A DNA stretch of 63,791 nucleotides, filler included, from Octopus bimaculoides (GCF_001194135.2; 8 parts of 8 records of this genome joined end to end with filler, not necessarily neighbours in it), one strand, 5' to 3'; numbered from the whole stretch's first letter, positions 49,825 through 62,974 are shown. The notes: generated from the letters alone by a model not told the origin. A program made the numbers and translations.

Positions 49825-52179
49825 ATATTGTAGGTGTAGTGGGAGTAGAGTTAAGAAGCTGGCTTTGAGAGGTTTTGGTATAGCTGTTTTTGGTGTTACT
49901 TATTTGGCATCGTAGATTCAAGGTAAGAAGAGAAGCAAAGTATTTACATCAATCATATTCGATTAATAAAGTGTAATACCTCTTTCCCTCTCTCTCTTAC
50001 TCCCTCTCACTCTCTCTCACACTTTCTTTTTGTATGCGTATATTTCTTCATGTGTGCATGCTTGTGTGTGTTTGTGTGTGTATGTGTGTGTGTGTGTGTG
50101 TGTGCATGCATGTGTATATGTATGTGAGCATGCATGCATGCGTGTGTGTGTGTGTGTGTTTGTGTCTGTGTGTCTATGTTTGCCTTTGGTGGCTAAGTAT
50201 TTTTGTCCAATTGTTTCATTCTGAAAAAGCTTGCTTCTGAACCACATAGTTTTGGTCTCAGCCCCAAAATAGCACCTTGGGCAAGTAACTTCAACTATAG
50301 TCCTAAGCTGATCAAAGTTTTGTGAGTGAATTTCGTAAATGGAAACTGAAAGAAGCTCATCATCATCCAAGCAAGGTGATATTTCCCCATTACCAGATAT
50401 GTTTTCATGGAAAACTGGAAATGAGGAATGCCACTTGCATGACCATGGTGTTCATTTATAATTGTTGTGGGATGTCACGAAAGGAGACACATCACACACA
50501 CAAATTCTTATACACATATATCGACACAAACATATACACACACTCACACACACAAACAAACATATACACATGTAAGTACACAGCAGAATATCAATAACCA
50601 TTTATCAATAATCTTGAATGACTAACAACTGTAAACAAATGGAAACAGAGTAATTATCAAAGTGAATGTATTATGCACATAAACTCTCTAGTGTATGTAT
50701 CATCATCATCATCATCGTTGTTTAACGTCCGCTTTCCATGCTAGCATGGGTTGGACGATTTGACTGAGGCTGGTGAAACCAGATGGCTACACCAGGCTCC
50801 AATCTGATATATATATATATATATATATAACATGAGAGAGTTAGGGGTTGGGGGTTCCACCCACTAAGGGATAGTATCTATCCAGTATACTGCTGGGAGG
50901 GTACCCAATTATTGCTACACTAGTGCTATACTAGGTGCAATCAATGGGAGCGGGTAAAAGTGGAGGTTTTACCCAAAATTTGTGTAACAATTAGAAAATG
51001 GAGGATAATATGCTGAACCCAACTACTTGCAGACGGTGTATCCCGTNNNNNNNNNNNNNNNNNNNNNNNNNNNNNNNNNNNNNNNNNNNNTTAATTAATT
51101 AANNNNNNNNNNNNNNNNNNNNNNNNNNNNNNNNNNNNNNNNNNNNCCCCTCCTCCCCTCCCCCTCCTCCTGGGGTCGATGTAATCCATTTATCCCTCTC
51201 TCTCCGAAATTACTGGCCTTGTGCCAAAATTTGAGATCTTCATTATCCTTATTATTATTAAAGATGGTGGATTGGTAGAATTGTCAGAACGTCGGAAAAA
51301 TACGGTGCAGTTTTCTTCAGGGTTTTTATACTTTGTGGCCAGCTTTACTTTTCATCTTCAAAGGTTGATAATATAAAGTATTAGTCGAATACTGGATCGA
51401 TACAATCAGCTAATGTATTCCTTTAAAGGAGTGATGGCCTTTGTAAGTGAATTTGAAACAATTATTATTCATTTATGTTTTGTTAATTGCCTGTCTTAAA
51501 TACAAACTGCAAATCTTTGTGAATAAATTAAGGACAAAGAAACCGAATCAACAGCTGAGTCACGAGAGCCATTTAACGAAATTCACTAAAGATGGGGTAG
51601 GTGTGGGTAAAGGCACATCTAAAGCTTTCGGTAATTCGATAAGGTTAAATCATTACAAGGCATAACATTTTGAATACTAAATAATTCGTTTCTAGTAAAC
51701 GCAAATCAATAAGGATAACATTCGCCATTTTGAAAACAAAACCAAACACAAAACACAAAACACAACGTGGACAAAACACAAAACAAAAGCAAAACAGACA
51801 TTCGTTGAGTTCCAATTCTTAGCCACGTCAGACATTTTACATTAAAAACAGCTATGCATTTATATCTCATCAGAACAGCTTTTATACGAAACATTATAAT
51901 GTCGGTTTGTTGATCAAACAGACAACCGTTCAAATTAAATCAGTTTGAATTAAAGCAGTATGTTGACACTTAGAATAGGCAGTTAACTAAGAATAATCTA
52001 GATCGCCTAACTTTATATAGGTACCACGAAAATGGTACTGTTATCAACTTAACAGCAAATGATAACTAGTTATTGGATGCATTATTAAGTAAGAAGCAGT
52101 GATAAATTCTTTAACTTAAATTGCATGACATTAGGGTAAAGTATTTATTAGCTTCCTTTATGGTTATGGCATTGATGAT

Positions 52180-52496
52180 CAGGGGTCCCCAACCTTATTT
52201 TGCTTGTGAACCCCCTGAGAGCTATCTTATCATCTCTGGATCCCATATATGCACATGTAAATTTTTGAAATAAAACATTTGTGTGTAGGTTAGTAAAAAC
52301 CAACAATGAAACAATTTCGTTATATTCATAACATAAATTCCAAATATAAACCTTGAAAATTTCAATAAATACAGGTATCCCTCCTAGTAAACAAAATTTA
52401 TATATGGACCCACAAATTACAATTTTTTACTCGTGGACCCCCTTAAAGCTTCTGTGGACCACTGGGGTCCATGCGGGCCCCGAATGGGAACCCTTG
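52180..52496. mobile_element. hAT-type MITE
   Basis: CAGGGGTCCCCAA ... TGGGAACCCTTG termini; 8-bp flanks only partly match. Confidence 0.7.
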
Positions 52497-52900
52497 CTGT
52501 AGATCAACTCTTTCATAGAAGAGACGATGGCATTGACTGCATGGTTATGTTGGTAGAGGACGAGATTGATTTTATCGTTTGATTTCTTCCTTTTCTCTTC
52601 TGGTTTCTTCAAAGTTTTTGGTACTGATGGTGGTGGAACTCATTACTTTGCTTGTGGACGTAGTACGGCCTTGGGCTTGTGTTTCAAACAGTTTAGGCTC
52701 AATTCCAATGACTTTCAGTGCTGCTTTGAGTTGGACCTTGAACCTTCGAAGAAGACAACCCCCGTGGTCTTTTCCCTGAAGTGAGCTCGCTGAATAAGAC
52801 TTAGTACAGGAATCTTGACTCTTTCATTCTTGTAATGTCGAAGACGATGTTTGATTTTTTTGTTTATATTTCGTCATGAAGATTGGGTTGCATAACATTG
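52497..52900 (-). mobile_element. RTE-type LINE 3' fragment
   Basis: HITRMKESR..LFSELTSGKRPRG and RRFKVQLKAALKVIGIEPKLFETQAQGR..FEETRREK in shifting frames. Confidence 0.75.
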
Positions 52901-52982
52901 TCCCAAACACAGCGCCTGGAACAAAATTGAATTGTTATTGTTGGAATACATTTGGTCATATCTGTAGACCTTCATAACTTAC

Positions 52983-53056
52983 CTGGAGATATACAATAAC
53001 AGTGACAGCTAATGAAACCACTAACCAACGCGGGAACCACCGAATGGTCGTCCAAT
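52983..53056 (-). CDS. Host gene exon, 74 nt, WTTIRWFPRWLVVSLAVTVIVYLQ (hydrophobic helix)
   Basis: Acceptor tttctaacag, consensus donor CAG|GTAAGT; phase 1 in, phase 0 out. Confidence 0.8.
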
Positions 53057-53739
53057 CTGTTAGAAATATCAAAACTTTTACAAATCGATCTCCGTCGCTT
53101 TGAGAAAGATGAAAAAGGACAAAAATGTTACGTTGAATAACGTAATATTAGATATGTCTTACCTTAGGTCCTCACCAACGGGTCAAATTGTATAGCGTCA
53201 TGGAATTCGTGATGACTTAAGCATTTGAGACCCAGTGAAACCCATCCCTCGACAGGTTTCACTACGGCCGATTAGTTCTAGAAAGACTGGGTAGGGGGGA
53301 ACAAAGAGTAAAGAAGAAAAGAACGAAAGAAACCACAAAAGATCGAAAGAAGAGAAGTAATCAGCTTCAGTAAAATAATGGTGTTGAGGGCAAATTTACT
53401 TGACGGTACTCGTACTCGGAAGGAATATCAGGAGACAGTATAAAGGACGCCTTAACACCGGTCGTAGTTTCAGAATACGATGTTTGAAGATATGAGGGAA
53501 TGATTGCGATTGGAATGTCTTTGATCACAGGTCTGCTTAAAAATTTCAGCTCTGATCTGGTAGGGAAGGAGCCACATCAGATATTGATAAGATCATTACA
53601 AAAGAGAGATGTTATTTTTAGCAGTGTTTACCTGTTTCTGTCCGTTTGTCTCTCATTCTCTATACCTTTCTAACCCCTCTTGTTGTTGTTGTTGTTTTTG
53701 TTGTTCTTTTTCTTTTCCTTCTCCTCCTCTTCCACCTCC

Positions 53740-53888
53740 TTCTCCCCTTCTCCTTCTCCCCTTCTCCCACTCCCTTTCTCCTTCTCCCCTTCTCCTTCTC
53801 CCCTTCTCCCTCTCCCCTTCTTCTTCTCCCCTTCTCCTTCTCCCCTTCCCCCTTCTACTTCTCCCCTTCTCCCCTTCTCCCCTTCTCC
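53740..53888. repeat. Polypyrimidine (CTTCTCCCC/CTTCTC)n repeat
   Basis: Direct reading; runs into a gap. Confidence 0.9.
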
Positions 53889-55425
53889 NNNNNNNNNNNN
53901 NNNNNNNNNNNNNNNNNNNNNNNNNNNNNNNNNNNNNNNNNNNNNNNNNNNNNNNNNNNNNNNNNNNNNNNNNNNNNNNNNNNNNNNNNNNNNNNNNNNN
54001 NNNNNNNNNNNNNNNNNNNCTCCTCCTCCCCCTCTCTCGCAATGTCTTTTCCCTCACCTCTCCCTCTCACGTAGATGAAATGATTCAATAACATTTGGTT
54101 TTGAAATGCTAATGGAAATATTCATGAAAAGAAATTGACGTCATATTTAAGTTTGAAGTGTCACCCCCAACCACCTTTGTGATTATCTGTCCATTATTGC
54201 TTTCTTGTTACAGACTTCTTTCTAAATTCATGCTGGTTCATTTGAGTTATTTCCCTTAACTCATTATATCGTCTTTTTTTTTAATTATGCAAAATACACT
54301 GGCTAAAATATTATTGGTAATTCATTTTTAGAGAATTTTTTTTCTTGTTGCTCGAACAATTACAAGAAATAACCGAATCTCCCTCATATCTCTTGTAATT
54401 GGATAAACGCAATGGCTAATATAATCCTAGATGCTCTATGCTCGAAATAATGATTGAGTCGTCGTGGCTGGGACAACTTTGTTCATGAAATCTATTAAGT
54501 GGTCGGGAGAGGAAATAGCTGTATGATAATATATTATGTATGTGATATTGTTTTGTGTGTTAGGACCATATATATGTAAGTGTGAGAAAATTGCAACATT
54601 ATGAATAATCTGCGTGATAGACTTGGTGTAATTTATGCTTGATCAACTAGAAATAGCAGCCAAATATTCCTCGTATACTAAATAATTATTTCAAATTTAG
54701 GTACGCGGTGGGTAGTTTTAAAGGGCAGTGGTTAATCGATCACGTCGATACTCGTACTTGACTGGAACTTTATTTTATCGACCCCCAAAAGGACAAAAGA
54801 CAAAGTTGAACTTGGCGGCATTTGAACCTAAAATATAAAGAGTTGGAAGAAATGTCGCTAGGTATTTTGTCAGATACGCTTGCGATTCTGCCACTTCAGT
54901 ACAAACCTGAATTCATAAGAACAAAGAAAAAAAATGTTGCATGCATAATTGTCTTACCAGGAATTGTGTGTCTCTCAGTAAATTGAGTAATTATTATTAT
55001 GAGTGTCATTCAGCGCAACATTCTTTAACTAATTTATTTCATGTCATATTATTTTTTTCAGTTATGCAAATTACTCTGGTCCAAAAGTTTTCGTAAAGAC
55101 TTGTCTATTGACCAAAGCAAGCTTGAATAGACTGTATATGCTGGTGATGACTAATAATATTGAAACAAGTTCATAGTTATGCCCCTTGCTTGCAAATAAC
55201 TGTCAGCTTGCAAATAACTGTCAGCTTGCAAATAACTTCAGGCATGTAAATTATGCAAAATTGCAACTGAATTTCTTGAAATTATCTCACTTCTGATATC
55301 AGAAAGTCAATATAGACGGCCATAAATAGCAAATAGCAACGACCTGCAAAACTTTGGATCTCTCTCGTTCCTTAATAAATACCAGAACGGTTTCGTAAAA
55401 CGAGATCCACTGTTGATCTATTCAC

Positions 55426-55510
55426 TTGCGTTACTGTTATTTTGGAGAAATTTGGTGAAAGTTAAAGCTGTTGCCTCGACATCAGAAAAGCTTTCCACTG
55501 TTTCTGACAT
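55426..55510 (-). CDS. Tentative first coding exon of host gene, MSETVESFSDVEATALTFTKFLQNNSNA
   Basis: Acceptor gattttatag at 55521, ATG 10 nt later, phase-1 donor GTGAAT matching the next exon; donor is weak. Confidence 0.4.
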
Positions 55511-55689
55511 ACGAATCAGCCTATAAAATCCATCGTCTTTGATCTTTTGGATCGGTAGCTTTACTGATCTTTTCCGATCACATTTTTGTCGCGTGTGTTG
55601 ATGGAGCTCTCATTCAGTCAATTCCGGCGTGGCCACAGTTCGGTTTTCTTTCGCACTCTCTTACTTCTATATATCAATGAATTATTTAC

Positions 55690-56040
55690 CTCAAAATCCA
55701 ACAACGACCACTCTTACACAGATGACAATACACGTTAGTCCTCCTTAAAATTCCCTAATCATCTACTCGCAAGATCTCACACACGCCAAACCAGCATTGA
55801 ATTTATGAACAGAGACATCGAATATATTATTTTCAGATCTTGCACAGTGCTTCTGTCGCTTCTGCTGTTGTTGCTGCCCCAGCTGCTGTAGTCAAGAACA
55901 TTCCAGACTGCAATTGCAAAAGGACACTTGACTGATTGCCATTAAGTTATTCGTCGACACGTTCTAGCCTCTGGTTCCAGCGCGCTGCCTCCTCTCTCCG
56001 CTTTTTCTTACGTGCTCTGATGGCCTCTATTCCTCGGATC
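55690..56040 (-). promoter_or_regulatory. CpG-rich, repeat-free island; probable 5' UTR exon and promoter of the host gene
   Basis: Donor GAG|GTAAAT at 55690/55689; CpGs retained; GC-rich CAGCGCGCTGCCTCCTCTCTCCGC. Confidence 0.4.
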
Positions 56041-58119
56041 TCGTCGCTTGAACTGCTAGAAAAAACAGGTAAATCGTCAAACCTCGAACTATTTTTAAAA
56101 AAAATTCGGTATGAAACATTGAGTAATGTGAACTTAGATGCACGTACCTGAACAAAAAGAGACGGGATTGTCACGGTTGGAATACCTTTGATAATAGATA
56201 TAATCAATAATGCCTGAGCTGGAGTAAAGCAACAAAAATATTAAATTTAAAAAAGAAAGTTGTGGCGAGAAATTAGAACACAGGACGTTGTTATTAAATA
56301 CTAATGCCTCTTTTAGTTAATTCTCTATTGCATCGGCTATTCCTAAATTTTAATATCGCATTGATTTGTAACATATTGATACAGAACTACAAAATTGGCG
56401 AATGTATACACGACTAAATCCCCCAAAGTACTTAACTGGTATTTTATTGCCTTATTGATCGGAGAAAGATGAAAGGCAAAGTTGTCCTTGCAAAGTAAAG
56501 GCCCATAAATAAATATTACAAGGAATTTTGTCTGGCGATCCTTCCAACTCATTGCCCTAATCAATAGTATTATATTGATTTTCTCCGACTAGGCATTTGA
56601 TAAATTTTGTATTGGAAAAGTTATGATCAATTGAATAAATCATCTATTAATAAAACTTGCTTTATACATCCGGAATAGAGACGAATTATAAATATTAATT
56701 GTTCACAATGACATGAGGTCAAACATTTGAAGTGGAAAAGGTGTTGTCAGTTTAATGTACTTCAGCATTAGCCTAGTACTTTTATAAAACATTGGTGCGT
56801 TGGAAAGCAATGTGGATGTCAGTGAAACTATAGAAACGAATGTTCTGGGACTAAACTGAATGAGGCGTTTATATAAACCTCTGTTGATGCAACTGAACCG
56901 TGTCTTAATTCTGATAATATAAAATTAATACTTCTTTAGAAAAATAAAAGACTACAAATATTTCTTGAATAGAAGTGTATGTCATTTAATGATATTAAAA
57001 TTTATCTCAGTTAAATGGAATATACAAAACAAAGGGAATTCCTCTTAACGGTAATAGAGCCTGATACTTTACCTGAAGTGATAACCCCACCTCACACACA
57101 ACAAATCTGATAATAGCGATTATTATTTTGACATTTTTTAATGTTTAGTGAAGGAAGAGATTGTTATGTCGAAGAAAGGATGAAGTTATCGTCAAATCAA
57201 AGACAAGGTCTGATTGCACTTAATGCTAACGACGCCTAAGGACAAAATGCGGGTGTTAAACTGGATGAAGGGTTAAGATTAACACCCAAGAAATCAAAAT
57301 GCGATGAGTCGAAACAAATACAGCAGGCACAAAGGTGCTCATATTTCGACTTTTCCAAAAACAAAGGGTAAACAGGTATCTGAAATACTTCTACTATTTT
57401 CAAAGTCATAAATGAAGCAAAAAAGATTTTAAAAACTGTGAAAACTTCAGCCAGAAATTGAAATATGGTTCTCGGGATCCAACTACTCTAGTAGGAAACT
57501 TAACCTCTTGCTCTGGAGCGCTCGCTGTTGGTGGTAGAATATTTCAAGTAAAATTCCATTTTCGTTGTGTATTAAAAGCAAACAAGCGGAAATGAAGTGC
57601 AAGTTAACGCAGTGCAATTGGCAACATTGAAAATAATTAAAAGAGTAAAATGAATAAACAAATAAAAGAGAGAAAACAAACAGTGCGAAATGCTCTTGAA
57701 GGTTTGTGTAAGGCGAATAATTGCCAGTAATTTATTCATGCAACGCTATTAAATTTAAACATATGCGCTTGAGGAGACCCGTCACAGCAAATGGTAGACT
57801 TTTGCAGAAACAACCATTTTATATAATCATTGAAACCAGTGAGAGACTTGAGGCAGCGTTTCTTCATTTGCTTCTTTCTATCTTTAAAGACGATGGTTGT
57901 CTCTAGTTCGTACTTTCACCTCTTCCAAACGCCACCGTTACCTCTTACTAATACCATCCACAATTAACATCACTTCTATGATCAACAATAATGTCATTTT
58001 TAGCACCACAATCACCTTCGTAACTAACAACAAACAACACTATTACCACAGCATTATCATCTGAGCCATTGCGGTTGTTGCCACAATCGCAACCATCAAG
58101 GCAATAGCTTTCTAATAAC

Positions 58120-58303
58120 CATGCTGCTGCTACTGTTACTACTACAACTACAGCTGCTGCGGCTTCAACTAGTGGTACTACTATTACTGCAACTGTTGTT
58201 GCTGCTGCTGCTACTACTACTACTACTACTATTACTACTGTTGCTGCTGCTGCTGCTACTACTACTACTACTGCAACTGTTGCTGCTGCTGCTGCTGCTT
58301 CTG

Positions 58304-58335
<32 letters not shown>

Positions 58336-58342
58336 GTTGCTG

Positions 58343-58384
<42 letters not shown>

Positions 58385-58385
58385 T
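58120..58385. repeat. (CTA/CTG)n compound trinucleotide repeat
   Basis: Direct reading. Confidence 0.95.
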
Positions 58386-58683
58386 TCAAAAAGAAAATCA
58401 TTTCCACTACGAGCTTTTTATTACCAAGCGGTCACCCACCTAGGAAAGAAAATAACTGCCATCTTCATCCGTAGATGACTACAAGAACGATCAGAACTAA
58501 TGTGTCATCAGCTTCACTTCCATAAACACTGTCACTAATATCATCACCATCATCATCATCATCATATGACTCCTACTAATTTACTTCAACCAATCAACAC
58601 TTTTCGACAATGGTAATACCAGTTCAAACTTATTGCATTACCATACACTTCCTTCTCCCCTCTCCTCCTACTCCCCGTCCTGT

Positions 58684-58981
58684 CTTCTTCTTCTTCTTCT
58701 TCTTCTTCTTCTTCTTCTTCTTCTTCTTCTTCTTCTTCTTCTTCTTCTTCTTCTTCTTCTTCTTCTTCTTCGTCGTCGTCGTCGTCGTCGTAGTTTTCCT
58801 TGAAAGCATAATTAGAAACGATGAGCGTGTGACGATGATGTGTGTAAGACATGGAGCGGAGAGGACTTCGATGATGTGTGACGACTGAGACGAGCAAAGA
58901 AGAAGAAGAAGAAGAAGAAGAAGAAGAAGAAGAAGAAGAAGAAGAAGAAGAAGAAGAAGAAGAAGAAGAAGAAGACGACGA
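58684..58981. repeat. Inverted (TTC)n(GTC)n / (GAA)n(GAC)n trinucleotide tracts
   Basis: TTC run 58684-58771, GTC run to 58790, GAA run 58897-58974. Confidence 0.95.
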
Positions 58982-59524
58982 TAATCATGCGGATGATGAA
59001 GTCCACAACTGCAACATTAACAAAGTCCATAATTTTATGCAATTAACTCGCTCGTTTACCAAACGAAACACCATCATAACATGTAACGTTAAATAACTCA
59101 AGTCACTACCATTCATCGAAGCGGCTGACTTCATAAATGCCAAACCAAACCTAGCTATGAACCATCCGACCACTTGCCACCCAACAATCCAACCATGCAA
59201 CATTCAACTGGACACTCGAACCAAACACCCTTCAAATGAACTAGTCATGTATTTGCCTAAATCATCCTTTGAACAAACCATTTTCTTGTCAATATGACCA
59301 ACAATTCATCTAACCATTTGACCAGTTTAACAAACCGATTGATCCAGTCCAGTCCGGTGCAGACCATCCCGGTCTAGCCTAAACTAACGCAGCCAGTATG
59401 CCATACCAGCTATATATCAATTCTACCAACCAACAAACCAGCCAATCAGCAACAACAGCTATACCAGTCAACCAACCGACCAGCCAATCAACGAAATAAC
59501 CCAGCTACACCAACCCAAACTGAA

Positions 59525-59560
<36 letters not shown>

Positions 59561-59797
59561 CGACCGGCCAGCCAAACCAACCAACGAGTAAGCGTGTAAA
59601 ATTCCCCAGCCAAAAGAGATGGTGTCAAGCGGGTTGTAACAGTATTAGCGCTATTGCTTAAGATTCCGACAGCAGACTCTGACAGCTAATCAATCGANNN
59701 NNNNNNNNNNNNNNNNNNNNNNNNNNNNNNNNNNNNNNNNNTTAATTAATTAANNNNNNNNNNNNNNNNNNNNNNNNNNNNNNNNNNNNNNNNNNNN

Positions 59798-59836
<39 letters not shown>

Positions 59837-60048
59837 CATATATATATATGTATAGATATATATATATATACATATATATATAAGGACAGATAATAGAACG
59901 ACAGAAATATAGAGATATAAATGTTATAGCGTATATGCATATAAATTTATGGCACGTATATATATATACATATATATATATATGTAATATATACATATAT
60001 ATACATATATACATATATATATATATGTAATATATACATGTGTGTCAG

Positions 60049-60088
<40 letters not shown>

Positions 60089-60106
60089 TGTGTGTGNNNN
60101 NNNNNN

Positions 60107-60151
<45 letters not shown>

Positions 60152-60974
60152 CGAGATTGATAGATAGTTACATAGTTAAACAGATAAGTATTTAAACAGT
60201 GTAGTGAGAAAGAGGGAGTGAATCACTGAAACTGAGAGAGAGAGGGTGGTGGGAGACGCATATCTAATGAATATGCATTAAACAGTTTTGTAATGGGCGT
60301 GTTTCTAACGAGCGCGAAAACTGTGTAGGAGTAGGAACCGCGTACGGATATTGTATGTGCGTCTGTGCCCGCGTGTGTGTTTGTCTGTGTGTTTGTATGT
60401 GTTTGCGTATATTTGCTAGCTTGTCCTGAATGTTTCAAAGTGTAAGTGCATTTCATGTGCACGTATATGTGCAGTAATCTACTCTACCCTGCCATGTGCA
60501 TTATGCGAGGGCAGCGCGTAACTTACAGTGGGTGGGTGTACTAAACAAACGTTCTGTGAGTTGGCGTATGGGTGGGACCGAGATACATGTCTGTGTCTGC
60601 AGTTTGTTAGTGTTTACGTTGCTGTGTGTGTATATTTGTTCCTGCATGTTCGTGCATATGCGTATATGGGTTTGCGTGTGTGTGTGTGTGTGTGTTTATT
60701 TGCCTATCATGTCTATATACGTTTGAGTTTGACTGCGTGAGACCGTGTTTGTACGTGTACGTTTCCCCCTGTGTGTATTTGTAAGTCCAGTGTGCGCTTT
60801 ACACCACGCAGTCATTCCTCATTATTTAACACCAAGATGGGTGTGTATAGCAATTTCAGTGGAAGGATGAAAGGAATAGATACAAAGTTAGGTAGGCAGA
60901 CTGAAAAACAATCGATGAAAACAAAAGTTATGTAGATAAATCAACAGACGGACATATGGATGAGATGGACGCGT

Positions 60975-60975
60975 G

Positions 60976-61037
<62 letters not shown>

Positions 61038-61267
61038 GACAGACAGACAGACAGACAGACAGATAGATAGATATATAGATAGATAGTTACATAGAATCGA
61101 TAGATAGACAGACAGACAGAAAACAGATAGATAGATACATGCATACATACATACATACATACATACATACATACATAGAATCGATAGATATGTTTCTTTA
61201 TTGGCCACACAGGGCTGGACACAGAAGGGACAAAACACAATAGACAGGCAGATAGATAGATAAATAA

Positions 61268-61324
<57 letters not shown>

Positions 61325-61414
61325 ATTGATGGAGGGATAGATAGACAGACAGACAGACAGACAGGCAGACTGACGGACAGACAGACAGACAGACAGACAG
61401 GCAGACAGACAGAC

Positions 61415-61466
<52 letters not shown>

Positions 61467-61470
61467 GAAT
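60975..61470. repeat. (GATA)n/(GACA)n/(CATA)n compound tetranucleotide array
   Basis: Direct reading; internal duplication ACATAGAATCGATAGATA. Confidence 0.95.
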
Positions 61471-61682
61471 AAATATAGAGGGTGATAGCTAAAAAGTGAG
61501 GAAAAAAAGTAATGGACGGAGGAAAGTAAAAAAAAAAAAGCAGTTTGAATGACTGAGACGGGAGAAAGAAAGGGTTTTGAGAAGAATAAAGGAGATGAGA
61601 GAACGGAAACAAAAACACACACAAAGAAAGAGAATAAGTTTGTTGGATGGTAAAAGAGAGTAATAAGAGACAGAAGGCTGGA

Positions 61683-61721
<39 letters not shown>

Positions 61722-62312
61722 ATGAGGGCGGAGAAAGTGAAAGTTGGACAGAAGATATTCGTAAACAAATGATTACACACGCACACACAGACGTATACAC
61801 ACAAAAGCATACGCACGCACACACACACTCACACACAAGTGAACATTACAGAGAAACGCATGCTTCGTACAGTCACGTAAACGTAACGCGGACCATTCAC
61901 AACCAAACACGCTCGTACGCAAGTAATTATACATAGATACATATGCGCGAATTCACAAATATATATATACATATATAAAGATATATGTGTGGTGTGGTTT
62001 GTTTGTGGGGGTGCATGTGCGCGCGTTTGCTTCTGTGTGTATGCTTGTATATAAGAGAGTTAATGCGTATAAGTGCATGTATTTACTTTCATGTGCGTAT
62101 GTATACATATATACGCAGAGAAAGGGGGTGTGAGATACAGCGCACATGGGAGGGAAGTAAGAATAGTACGAGAGAGTATAGAGAGAGAGAGAGAGAGAGA
62201 GGAAGGGAGAGTAAGACAGCAAGAGACCGAGACAGAGAAGGAGGGGGTTTAGGCGAAGGCAGGTGCTTGCATTAAATGGCGCGCTTCTTCAACTTCTTCG
62301 CCAGTTTTTCCT

Positions 62313-62366
62313 TATAAAAGCGAGAGTTAGTTGAATCTTCCGTAACAGACAGCCACAACGGTGAGT
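62313..62366 (+). promoter_or_regulatory. Candidate TATA promoter and short first exon
   Basis: TATAAAAG at 62313-62320; donor ACG|GTGAGT at 62360/62361; small CpG-containing unique island. Confidence 0.35.
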
Positions 62367-62498
62367 TGAGAAAATAGCTTCATTGTATATTTTGAAACTT
62401 TCTTGCGGCACATGTTGTTGGATAATTTGTGTGCATGTGTATGCGTCTGTGTGTGTATGTGCCTGTCTTTGTATTCATGTATATGCGTGTGTGTGTGT

Positions 62499-62535
<37 letters not shown>

Positions 62536-62974
62536 TGTGTGTGTCTGTGTGTCTGTGTGAGTGCGTGTGTATATATATGTATATATATATNNNNNNNNNN
62601 NNNNNNNNNNNNNNNNNNNNNNNNNNNNNNNNNNTTAATTAATTAANNNNNNNNNNNNNNNNNNNNNNNNNNNNNNNNNNNNNNNNNNNNTAAGTGGGAT
62701 ATGGAATTGTGAAAAGCATTTTTTAACAGCAAACATACTACACCTATACTCCGCCTAGCCAAACCAATCCCTTCAGCCAAGCATACCATGTGAAGAGTGC
62801 TACAGTATAATGCAACAGTCGCCAGGCATAAAGTTCTCCTTAAAGAGATTCACCCTTTTTTTTCATAGCCAATAATGTACTTTCTTTTGGTACTCAGTAC
62901 TTAAGAGTTACTGGCAGATTCTTTTGAATCAAATAACTGTGATAGAATATTAAAAATAAAATCCTTTTTTCCAA

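Noticed and set aside
55141-55180. GTGATGA...GAAAC hammerhead-like spacing
   Set aside because: No helix II or helix I pairing, and C3 is absent.
47158-55510. Resemblance of the host N-terminus (SFSD followed by two helices) to PIG-H
   Set aside because: The downstream exons show none of the PIG-H domain I would expect, so no gene symbol is assigned.
55947-56207. 86-aa ORF ending RARKKKRREEAARWNQRLERVDE, and a plus-strand Cys-string or signal-peptide-like frame at 55838-55935
   Set aside because: 56040-56250 is a diverged family D SINE that supplies the apparent splice sites; the Cys/Leu runs come from a short CTG/TTG repeat. Better explained as the 5' UTR or promoter island.
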